A stretch of DNA of 64,000 nt from assembly GCF_006345805.1 (NCBI RefSeq), contig NC_042997.1, positions 50,964,001-51,028,000 on the forward strand, read 5' to 3'. Below the pieces are notes generated by a model. The model searched no databases, was not told the origin of the DNA, and worked only from the letters and a program-made list of their open reading frames with translations. Position numbers and translations under genes: made by a program. This document shows, one piece after another, positions 10,530 to 22,118 of the stretch; the stretch's first letter is position 1; each line of letters opens with the position of its first letter. This DNA comes from Octopus sinensis. Lineage: Eukaryota.

Positions 10530-11700
10530 AACAAAAGATAAGTCCTCCAAAAAGGAGAAGCAAAATTCCACCACGGCCGCTACCTTAAACAGTCACTCGC
10601 ACTGACGGAAATATGCCTTAGTAAAAAAGGAAAAAAATTCTTTCGTGCAAATCTGACCCTGATGGACTGACCACATACGATACAGCTAAGGGTCAGACCC
10701 GATTCTGATTGGTCAACATGCTGATGACGTCTAGTCCTGCTAGAATGGACAGGATACAAACAGGGGGCAGAGATTAGTCAGAATATTGATGACGTACCTT
10801 TCTGCTTGACTAGTCACCTAACAAAATACAGACAGGGGGCAGATCTAATGCAGCTATAAGTCGTGATTGGGCAGAATCTTGATGACGTCTCGTTCTGCTT
10901 GACTAAGCCACCTAACGAAACGACTGGTCAAAACAGGATACAGACAAGAGGCAGTTATAATACAGCGATAGGTCACGATTGGTCAGAATTCTGATGACGT
11001 CCCGTTCTGCTTGACTAAGCCACCTAACGAAAAGGGGCAGATCTAATACAGCTATAAGTCATGATTGGTCAGAATCATGATGACGTACCGTCCTGCTTGA
11101 CTAAGCCACCTAATGAAATGACTGGTCAAAACAGGATACAGACAAGAGGCAGTTATAATACAGCGATAGGTCACGATTGGTCAGAATGTTGATGACGTAC
11201 CGTTCTGCTTGACTAAAGCCACCTAACGAAACGATTGGTCAAAACGTTGATGACGTCACGCTACACTGGACTGACCACCTAACAGGCATTATAAAACCCG
11301 AACAATTCACAAGACTCACTAGAATCACCCAGCGAACATCCACCATGGGTCATCACAATTGCTCAAGGTAAAAATGAATTCCTCGCTCTTTCGGGAACAT
11401 CAATCTTCTGTATTGACTGCTTTCCACCACTTTGATCTGTTTTTTGTATTGAATACGTATCGCCACCGTGGGCCACTGCATCGAACACTTTGAACATATA
11501 GCATGAATGAACTTACTTCAAACTATATTTGAACTTTAAGATGTCTGACTCCGTTGTGTATTGTAAATGAATTTCTTGTGTTTGACGGCATGAGCTGTCT
11601 TTTTTTATATATAACTTTTTTTGATAAGGTTCATTTCAGGAACTGAAACATGTTATAATGTATATATAAAAATTAAAAATTGTATAATATAGCAGCATTT
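10530..11700 (+). mobile_element. Penelope pseudo-LTR / 3' region with 7 tandem units, promoter and hammerhead-like remnant
   Basis: Follows the GIY-YIG stop codon; 60-115-bp units repeat across 10700-11290. Confidence 0.7.
10705..11373 (+). promoter_or_regulatory. Pol II promoter array: 7x (inverted CCAAT + ATF/CRE-like TGACGT), TATA, ATG, splice donor
   Basis: GATTGGTCA...TGATGACGT repeated; perfect TGACGTCA at 11251-11258; TATAAAA at 11290-11296; CACCATGG with ATG at 11345; AAG|GTAAAA with GT at 11368. Confidence 0.65.
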
Positions 11701-11745
11701 TCGAACTTCATTTTTTACAAATATATATATATATATACATATATG

Positions 11746-11803
<58 letters not shown>

Positions 11804-11830
11804 TGAAAATATATATATATATATATATAT

Positions 11831-14652
11831 GATTGATTGATTGATTGATTGATGATTGATTGATTCTAGTTTCAGCTTATGAGCTGTGGCCATGCTGGGG
11901 CACCGCCATTTGGTGTTGCTACTTGGTTTTACTTCATGAAGGCTTTCTAGCAACTGCTATTTGGTGCATGAGAGAGTTCGATGCAGCTGCCCTCATCTGC
12001 CCCTCCTGCCGTGAAGTTGGTTCATCTGGGACACCTGACAGGAAGAGATCCAGCTTCATTTTAAAGACATCTGCAGATGTATATTATGGCATATCTTTCC
12101 CGCCTACGCTCCAGGGAATATAATTTTAATCTTTTGAGTCTTTCCCAGTAGCTTACATTCTGCATAGAGGCTATCTTCTTTGTGTAGCTTCGTTGGATCG
12201 CCTCAAATTCTGTGATCAACTTGACACTGGATGGTGACCATAGCTGAGAGCAATAGTCAAAGTGGCTTAGGACAAGTGTCTTCCAGAGGACCATCATGGT
12301 TCTTGTTCTCTTGTTCTAAAGGTTCTAAGAATCCATCCAGCCAGCCGTCTACATTTCATTGTCAGTTTAGCAACATGTACATGAAAGGTCGCGTCATCAC
12401 TCATGTGAATACCCAGGTCACGCACTGATTGTGCCTCTGGGATTGCAATCCCTCCGGGTCCAGTGTATTCATTGGGTATTGCATTCAGTTTTGCATGCTG
12501 ATAGTATAAAGCTTGAAACTTTCCAGCATTGAACTGCATGCTATTCTTTTCAGCCCACTTGTATATTTCGTCCAGCTCACATTGCAGGTGTTTAGTGTCC
12601 TCAGGGTTCTGTATTGCCTGTGAAACTTTTGTATCATCTGCATAACTTGTGATCGTGGCTCTCTGCGTGGCTGAGGGCATGTCTGAGAGGGCCATTATGA
12701 ACAGTAGTGGTCCCAGAACAGTGCCTCTGCGGAACACCGCTCACTATTTGTGTGTTAATGGAGGTGGCCCCATTGGCTGCTACCACCTGACTTCTATCCT
12801 TCAGAAAGTCATGAAGCCATTCTCCCAGTTTTCCAACTATGTTGAGATCACGCAGTTTGTGACATATCATTCCATGATCGACTTTATCAAAGGCCTTTGC
12901 AAAGTCGAGATATATCACTTCCACATTTGAGTGGTTGAGCAGCCGTTTCAGCACCCAGTCATAGTGTTGTAGGAGCTGAGTTAAACAGCTTCTCCCTGGT
13001 CGGAAACCATGTTGGGTGTCGGGCAGCAAGTCATTCTCTTCAAGGAAGGTGATCAGCTTCCTTCTGACTATTCGTTCCATGACCTTGCTGATGTGTGAGG
13101 TCAGAGAGATAGGTCTATAGTTCTTGGCTTCCGCTCTGCTACCTCCTTTATGAATGGGGCATATTTCACCTTCCTTCAGTTTTCCTGGAAGTTTGCCAGC
13201 TGCAAGGAAGCTCTGAAAGAGGAACTGCAGTGGTCTTGCTAGGACTCTCTTACATGCTTTTAGGAGGATTGCCGGGAATCCATTGGGGCCAGTAGCTGAG
13301 TCTGTTTTCATTTCATCTATAGCCTTGGTTACATCGTCTTCCTTTATATCGATGTAATCTATCGTCGCCGCCTCTGATTTTATATCTGCAGTGGTAAAAA
13401 AGTCAGTTGGATTGGTGATTTGGAGATGCCCAAGGGGTGGAGTGAAAACACTCTTGAATTGCTCATTCAGTATTTCACTTACCCTCATTGGTTTTCCTGT
13501 AAGTGTGCCATCCTTTTGAGGAGTGGCCCTATTCTACAGTGCACTGTAGCTGTTTCTTTGGCATACCTGTAGAAGCTCTGGGGTTAGATTTTATGTTTTC
13601 TATAGCCCAGGCTTCTTTGTCTGCTCTTTCTTTTTCATGGGAGAGTTGCAGACATTTTTCGATTTCCAACAGTTTTATTTTTAGGCGGGACTTTTCACTG
13701 CTTTCAATCTGTTTGTTTAGGCGATTTGAAAATTTCGTACGCCGTCTCATTAAAATTTTCCTCTCTCTGGGGATTTTGTTCTTGTGTACAGTGGCCTTTC
13801 TCTCTGGGACACATTTGTAGCATATGGCTTGCATTACAGACATGAATTGTTGAAGTTTCACGTCGATGTCTGGCGAGGAGAGACATTTAGGCCAGTTTGT
13901 TTGAGGATCTCTTTCTCAATTGTTTCCAGTTTGCCTTATGGTAGTTCAAGGTGGAAAGATTTTGAGGGTTTCTTGTAGGCTGCATGTCCGTGCTCTCTTT
14001 TGGCCCGTACATGGTCAGCTCTATCATGTTGTGATCCGAGAGTAGTGTCGGTGTCACTTTCACATTATGGATGAGATCCATGTCATTTGTGAAGCAGAGA
14101 TCCAGTGTGTTACTTGCCCTGGTTGGTTGGAGTATTACCTGCTCCATGTACAGGGTGTTGATGAGGTTCAGGAGGGACCTCGCCTGTCCTCGTTCACATC
14201 TTGTCATTCCTGGGAGAGAAAGGCCCTCGGGCCATCTGACATTGGGCAGATTGAAGTCCCCCATAAGAAGCACACCTATGTGTTGTTCTAATGTGGTTAG
14301 AATTTCTATTTTTATAAGGCAGTCTTCAAACTTGCCCACATGACTTGGGGCATCTGGAGGGCGATATGTAGCACACACAACTACATCAAGTTGCCTAATA
14401 TGTACAATTAGTGTGTCACACACCGAGTTTGAGTATGACAAGAGGACCTGGGGTGTGAGGTCCTCACGGATGTACATAGCAACACCTCCATGACTCCTTT
14501 CTTTCCTGTCGGTCCGTAGTACAGCATACTGTGGTATGTGTAACTCCGCATCTGCTATGTCCGGTTTCAGGTGCGTTTCTGTAAGTGCTATGCATAAGGC
14601 TTGATTGCATGCAACAAAGTCTCTCAGGAACGGGATCTTTGTCCTGTTACTG
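11831..14652 (-). mobile_element. CR1/L2-group LINE subfamily B, 5'-truncated and frameshifted (APE + RT), (AATC)n tail
   Basis: APE motifs ALTETHL, HGGVAMYI, YRPP, MGDFNLP, TLDLCF (13887-14650); RT motifs KNYRPISLTS, QHGFRPGRSC, YLDFAKAFDKV, SGVPQ, YADDTK (12294-13488). Confidence 0.95.
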
Positions 14653-14654
14653 AT

Positions 14655-14908
14655 TGATTGATAGATATATATATATATATATATATATATGTATACATAT
14701 ATATATATATACATATACATATATATACATATACTATATATACATATACATATATATATATATACATATATATACATATACATATATATATAATACATAT
14801 ACATATATATACATATACATATACATATCTATTTATATATACATATACATATATATACATATATATATAGATATATATACATATACATATATATATATAT
14901 ACATATAC

Positions 14909-14943
<35 letters not shown>

Positions 14944-14995
14944 CATATAATATATATACATATATAATATATTATACATATATAACTATATACAT

Positions 14996-15037
<42 letters not shown>

Positions 15038-15159
15038 TACATATATATACATATATACATATATACATATATATATATATACATATACATAATATATATA
15101 TATATACATATACATATATATATATATATATACATACATATATAATATATATATCTATA

Positions 15160-15190
<31 letters not shown>

Positions 15191-15202
15191 CATACATATA
15201 TA
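14655..15202. repeat. (TA)n/(TACA)n microsatellite array
   Basis: Read directly. Confidence 0.95.
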
Positions 15203-16436
15203 TGTCTGTCTTGTCTATCTATCTTCCTTTCTCATAAAAAGGAATCGCGTAAGTACTCTCTCTCAGCCGGTAAGGTAAGGAAAAAAAATATTACTTATTT
15301 TGTTATCATTAGTGTTCTTTCAACAGAAAAATAATATATATCTATGTGTATGTATATGTGTGTGTTAGAAGTATAGCCGCAATTATTTTAGAAGACATTG
15401 TTTTAGCGACGGACAAATGTATATCTTCTTTTCTCTTTTTCTCTGCTTAATTCTGTAAAATCTCTATGTGTATGTATATGCATGTGTTAAAAGTATAGTC
15501 GCAATTAGTTTTTATTTTAGAATACATTGTCTGTAGCGACAAATACATATTTTCTTTTCTCTTTTTCTCTGCTTAATTTCTGTAAAATCTCTTGGATTGT
15601 TTTCTTTCAGCTATTTCATTATTATTATTATTGTTTCTTTATATACTCACTTGGTACTACTGTTTATATATGTGCGTGTGCACACATGTGTATATGTGTG
15701 TATGTGTATGTATGTATACGCGTGTGTGTGTGTGTACAAATAGCTTCGCTTAGAATTCTCCCCTCTCTCTCTCTCTCTCTGTCTGTCTCTTCAGTTTCTC
15801 TCACTCACGCTTCTCCTTGTCTCTTCATAGCTCTCATTCTATCTTACTCCCCTCTTTCAAATATATAAATTCTCTCTATATTTCTTCCTTCTCTCCCTAT
15901 CTCTTCAGTTTCTCTCTTCATTACTCTCTTCTATCTCTTCAGTTTCTCTCCCGCTTCTCCTTGTCTCTCCATTTCTCTCTTCTAACTTACTCTCCTCTCT
16001 CGGATACATATAAGGACATAGACGCTTTCTCTCTCTTCCTTCAGCTCTCGGTCTCTCCTCTTCCTCTTCTCTCTTACTCTCGGCTCCCAATTTCTCCTAA
16101 GTACATAGACGCTCCCTTCTCTTCTAACTTACTCTCCTCTCGGATACATATAAGGACATAGACGCTTTCTCTCTCTTCCTTCAGCTCTCAGTCTTCCTCT
16201 TCCTCCTCTCCCTCTTCTCTCTTACTCTCGGCTCCCAATTTCTCCTTAAGTACATAGACGCTCCCTTTCTCTACTTTCTCCCTACCCCCTATTGCACTAT
16301 TAGATTAATATAAATTAATATAATATAATATAATATAATTCCTCCCTTCCTCACAATCACAATCTCTTCCTCTCTCCTCCCTTCTCCCTTTTTCCCTCAC
16401 AGCTTCTCTCTCTCTCTCTCTCCCCGCTACAACGGA

Positions 16437-17489
16437 ATGGACAACATGCAAAAATTAGAGGTGAATGCAAACACTGGCGTCAACAAAAGCCAGCGTAACT
16501 GGACGAAAGTAGAGCTGGAAGTTTTCATCAGAGGATGGAGCTCGGCCGACAGATCGCAACCAACTAAAAACATAGCGGCGACCCTGAAAAGCCATGGCTT
16601 TATGAGGACGTTGGCGCAAGTAGAGAGGAAGAAAAGAGAAGTCGAAAGGGCCTACACTCTCATTGCACCACACATGGCTTTGCTAAGCCAAGTCCTCAAG
16701 GTGGACAAAGACAGAGAGAGAGATGGAAACAGGAACACCAACCACAGAGTGTCAAAAAATGACACGCCCACTGCCACAGTCGAAGAAGGCAAGCAGGGCA
16801 AACAACAGATAGGCGGCGATGGGGAAACAGAAAATAACCACCCGGATGAAAAGACCTATGCAGAAAGGAACCAGTGGACAACCGTCCAACGGAGGAAGAA
16901 AAAACAGAGAGGAACTGGGGACAAGAAAACCCAGATAACATGCAAATTCTTCCGGAATGGAACCTGCTGGCATGGAGAAACAGGGGAAGGATGCAGGTTC
17001 GCTCATCCCAGGCCCTATGGAAATTGCATCAAACCCACTCGACCAAAATGCCTTAACCAAAACCAGAACAAAACCAGAACAAAGAAATTTTGTGGAAATG
17101 GCAGAGAAAATTGTGGGACAACTGGCCTGAATACATCGTCTTCAGAGCCAGGGGCACTCACAACAGCACTCAAGACCACCACAATCAAGGGACCCAGGGT
17201 GGCCACCGCTGACGCCGGCCCAGGTGCCACACCGTCAGCCTTTATTGACACCCCGGGTGTCTCACCAGTGCTTCTGCTGAATGTCAGAGGTCTGGTGAAA
17301 CCCATTAATATGGGTAAAATTCCTTACCTTAGGGACTTGAGCACAAGCAACCATGCAATATGCATAGCGCTGACTGAAACGCACCTGTCAAGCAGTATAG
17401 CAGATGCAGAAATACACATACCGAAGTATACTGTTTTCGGTCGGACAGGAAGGAAAGAACTCATGGTGGGGTTGCCCTGTACGTCGTGA
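16437..17489 (+). CDS. LINE N-terminal region: Myb/SANT-like motif, CCCH zinc finger and start of AP endonuclease in one frame
   Basis: WTKVELEVFIRGW...LKSHGFMRTLAQVERKKREVERAY (16494-16655); C-x7-C-x8-C-x3-H (16941-17006); LLLNVRGL...ALTETHL. Confidence 0.75.
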   Translation: MDNMQKLEVNANTGVNKSQRNWTKVELEVFIRGWSSADRSQPTKNIAATLKSHGFMRTLAQVERKKREVERAYTLIAPHMALLSQVLKVDKDRERDGNRNTNHRVSKNDTPTATVEEGKQGKQQIGGDGETENNHPDEKTYAERNQWTTVQRRKKKQRGTGDKKTQITCKFFRNGTCWHGETGEGCRFAHPRPYGNCIKPTRPKCLNQNQNKTRTKKFCGNGRENCGTTGLNTSSSEPGALTTALKTTTIKGPRVATADAGPGATPSAFIDTPGVSPVLLLNVRGLVKPINMGKIPYLRDLSTSNHAICIALTETHLSSSIADAEIHIPKYTVFGRTGRKELMVGLPCTS

Positions 17490-20219
17490 AGATGTCACAC
17501 CCATAGTACTGTTGACACACTCAAACTCAGTCTGTGACACACTGATAGTACACATGAACAACCGAAAATAGTAATATGTGTCACATATCGGCCACCAGAC
17601 ACCCCTAGTCATGAAGGAGTGTTTGAAGATAGCCTCAGAAGAATAGAAGAAGTCCTGGACAAACTGGACCAGGGTAACACCATTCTACTGCTGGGAGATT
17701 TTAACCTTCCGAAAGTCAAATGGCCAGATGGCCATCTCCTCCCTGGAATGACATCACTTGAACAGAGACAGACAGAGTCCTTGTTGGCTTTCACACGCAA
17801 GTTTTTCATGGAGCAAGCAGTGCTTTGGCCAACAAGAGGTGAGAATGTCTTGGACCTCTGTTTCACAAGCAACCCGATGCTCATCCACAACATAATGGTA
17901 ACACCAACAATTCTCTCAGACCACAACTTAGTAGAGGTAATGATATATGGTATGAGAGAGTTAGTTGAGACGCAGCCATTAGAAAATACCACAGGCCTAT
18001 CCAGTCTAAACTTCCATAAGGCAAACTGGAAGAAGATCAATGAAGAGATCCGAAAACATGACTGGAGTGACTTCATCACCACACAAGACACCAACACACA
18101 TTTCCAACATTTCATGACAACAATACAGAACATATGCCATCAGTTTGTCCCGGAGAAAAAAGCCAGCGGGCATAGGAACGTTATTCCCAGAGACAGGAAA
18201 ATACTTATGAGGCGAAGAGCTAAGCTCTCGAAGCAACTGAATGCACGGCAGAGAAACAATGAGGGACTCCACCTGAAACTTTTTGAAACGGAAACTGCAC
18301 TCAAACTTTCCTATGAGAAGGAGAGGGCAGAGAGAGAAGCCAGGGCCATAGAGAATATTAAAACAAACCCTAAAGCCTTCTTTAAATTTGCGAAAGAAAC
18401 CACCTCGGTACACTGCAAGATTGGCCCACTCTTTGATAAAAAGGGCTCTCTAACTGAGGACCCCCAAGGGATAAGTGAAATACTAAAGGAACAGTATAAA
18501 AGTGTGTTCACATCCCCTCTGGGGCACATGCAAATCACAAACCCAGAAGTTTTCTTTGATGCCACAACACTCCAAAACCAAACAACAACCATCGACCACA
18601 TAGACATAACAGAGAGGGATGTAATATCTGCCATAGAAGAAATGAGAATAAACTCAGCTGCTGGACCAGATGGATTCCCAGCAGTCCTCCTAAGATCATG
18701 CAGGCATGCCCTAGCGGGACCACTGAAGGAGCTCTTCAGTGGTTCCTTGGCTAACGGTAAACTGCCCAGGGCGCTAAAAGAAGGCACCATATGCCCTATC
18801 CACAAAGGAGGGAGTAGAGCAGAGGCCAAAAACTACAGGCCAGTCTCCCTGACGTCACACATAAGTAAGGTCATGGAACGAATCATCAGAAAAAAAACTG
18901 ATCACGTTCCTCGAAGAAACTAACCGTCTCACTGACACACAGCATGGCTTTCGCCCAGGAAGAAGCTGCCTTACGCAGCTGTTACAACACTACGACTGGG
19001 TACTGAAACAACTACTGGATCGCTCACAGGTGGATGTGGTATATCTCGACTTTGCGAAGGCCTTTGACAAAGTCGACCACGGAGTGATATGTCACAAATT
19101 ACTCAGACTCGGCATAACAGGAAAAGTAGGTGAGTGGATACATGACTTCCTGAAGGACAGAAGCCAGATGGTTGCAGCCAATGGAGCCCTCTCGGGAAAG
19201 ACACCAATAGCAAGCGGGGTGCCACAGGGCACAGTCTTGGGACCCTTGCTGTTTTTGGTGGCGCTCTCTGACATGCCCTTGGTAGCACAAACAACATCCC
19301 TCACTAGCTATGCTGATGACACAAAGGTAGCACAGGCAATCAAAAACCCAGCTGATGCTGACCTTTACAACAAGATCTGGATGCCATATACAAATGGGCT
19401 GAAGACAACAACATGCAATTTAATGCTGGTAAATTTCAAGCCTTACAATATCAAGCTGTAAACACATATACATTACAACACAACTATACTGGTTCAGGAG
19501 GGATCGAAATCCCAGTATCGAAATCAATACGGGACCTGGGGATAGACATGAGTGACGATGCATCTTTTTCTTCACACATCGCGAAGGTGGCGACAATGTG
19601 CAGACGACTCACTGGCTGGATCCTGAGGACATTCCGGACAAGAGACTGCGAGACCATGTTGACACTATGGAGGACATTTGTCCTAAGCCGCCTGGACTAC
19701 TGCTCCCAACTGTGGTCACCGCATAGTGTCAAACTAGCCACAGAGCTTGAGACAATCCAAAGACATTTCACCAAGAGGATTTCCACCATGAAAGAAAAGA
19801 ACTATTGGGAGAGGCTTAGGGAACTCAATTTGTACTCCTTGGAACGAAGACGAGAGAGATATGCAGTGATATACATATGGAAACTCCTGGAGGGACTAGC
19901 ACCAAATTTTGGAATTGAGAGCTGTTCCAATCCCCGTACAGGACGTCACTGTGTGGTGCCAAAGGTCCCGTCTTCCACATCCAGAGTAAGGAGCAGATAC
20001 TGTAATAGCCTGGGGTTCAGGGGCCCTCAGCTTTTCAACAAACTGCCAAGAAAACTAAGAGATCTACATGGTGCGGATGTGGACTTTTTCAAAAAACATC
20101 TAGACAAGCTGCTTTCCGGGATCCCAGATGAACCCACTGCAAGGTACGAAGGTAACCTATGGGCAGCAGCTACAAACTCTCTCTTAGATCAGTGGCCAGC
20201 CACGGCAAACTGGACTTAG
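17490..20219 (+). pseudogene. LINE APE-RT-C-terminal coding region, frameshifted
   Basis: LGDFNLP, VLDLCF, SAAGPDG, KNYRPVSLTS, YLDFAKAFDKV, SGVPQGTVLGPLLF, YADDTK, LYSLERRRERY. Confidence 0.95.
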
Positions 20220-20286
20220 AGAGGGTAGCAACAAGGGCGGTGCCCCAGCATGGCCTCAGCCGGATGGCTGAAACAAGTAAAAGAAT

Positions 20287-20290
<4 letters not shown>

Positions 20291-20317
<27 letters not shown>

Positions 20318-20347
20318 ATATATACAATATATATATATATATATAAT

Positions 20348-20397
<50 letters not shown>

Positions 20398-20725
20398 TAT
20401 ATATATACAAATACATATATATATATATACATATATACATACATAATATATATACATATATACATACATATATACATATATATATATACATACATATATC
20501 ATATATATATATACATATATACATAATATATATATACATATATACATATATACATATATATATATACATACAATATACATATATATATACATATATACAT
20601 ACATATATACATATATAATATACATATATACATACATATATATACATATATACATACATATACATACAATATACATATATACATACATATATACATATAT
20701 AAACATACATATATATTATATATAT

Positions 20726-20791
<66 letters not shown>

Positions 20792-20823
20792 TATATATAT
20801 AATATATAATATATATATTATAT

Positions 20824-20886
<63 letters not shown>

Positions 20887-20891
20887 CATAC

Positions 20892-20922
<31 letters not shown>

Positions 20923-20999
20923 CATACATATATATATACATATATATATATATATATTATATACATACATATATATATACATATATATATATATTATAT

Positions 21000-21046
<47 letters not shown>

Positions 21047-21047
21047 C

Positions 21048-21078
<31 letters not shown>

Positions 21079-21117
21079 CATACATATATATATACATATA
21101 TATATATATATACATAC

Positions 21118-21216
<99 letters not shown>

Positions 21217-21269
21217 CATACATACATATATACATACATATATATATATATATATACATACATACATAT

Positions 21270-21334
<65 letters not shown>

Positions 21335-21354
21335 CATATATATATATACATATA
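20291..21354. repeat. Long (TA)n/(TACA)n array
   Basis: Read directly; source of the Ile/Tyr/Met pseudo-ORFs. Confidence 0.95.
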
Positions 21355-21947
21355 GGTGCCTGCCGGCATGGAGAGGAAGGTGCAGGCTGCCGCTTTGCAC
21401 ATCCGGGACCCTGCCACAGAAACCAACCACCGAAAGGAAATGGGATGGACCACGCATCACCGGCTTCACAGCAGTGACATTGTACAGCAGCTAACCTGGC
21501 TCCATCAGGCTTAGGCTCGCAGATGGAACTGCCCACGGTTCACAAGACCGCCACAGCAGATGGACCCAGGGTGGACACCACCGGCAACAGCATACACCTC
21601 ACCTCGATGCTCCTACTGAACATCAGAGGACTACTAACACACAGTAACAGGACAAAAGTCCCGTTCCTGAGAGACTTTGTCGCATGCAATCAAGCCTTAT
21701 GCATAGCACTCACAAAACTGCTTCAATATCCTCCCGATAAACCTGAGAGACCTGCATGGGGTGGATACAGATGTCTTTAAAATGGAGCTGGATCTCTTCC
21801 TGTCAGGTGTCCCAGATGAACCAACTTCACGGCAGGAGGGGCAGATGAGGGCAGCTGCATCGAACTCTCTCATGCACCAAATAGCAGTTGCTAGAAAGCC
21901 TCCATGAAGCTCATAAGCTGAAACTAGAATCAATCAATCAATCAATC
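21355..21947 (+). mobile_element. Internally deleted subfamily-B LINE: CCCH remnant and APE start joined to the 3' end, (AATC)n tail
   Basis: [15 protein letters not shown] in frame (one TGA) with MLLLNIRGLL...ALT; junction at about 21720 into sequence matching 28275-28554. Confidence 0.85.
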
Positions 21948-22031
21948 ATATACATACATATATATATATATATATACATAACCCATGCTAGCATGGAGAA
22001 CGGACGTTAAACGACGATGATGTTGATGATG

Positions 22032-22064
<33 letters not shown>

Positions 22065-22077
22065 CATATATATATAC

Positions 22078-22118
<41 letters not shown>

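Larger units (their letters stand above)
15203..20290 (+). mobile_element. Apparently full-length CR1/L2-group LINE (subfamily A), flanked by (TA)n on both sides
   Basis: Continuous coding capacity 16437-20219 broken only by single-base indels; 3' motif GGCGGTGCCCCAGCATGGCC, stem-loop and GTAAAAGAATAAAA tail. Assigning 15203-16436 as 5' UTR is inference. Confidence 0.85.

Noticed and set aside
10720-11260. TGATGA...GAAA in the pseudo-LTR tandem units as tandem hammerheads
   Set aside because: The base after the core (C) cannot pair with the base before GAAA (C), and there is no stem II/III; better explained as CRE sites.
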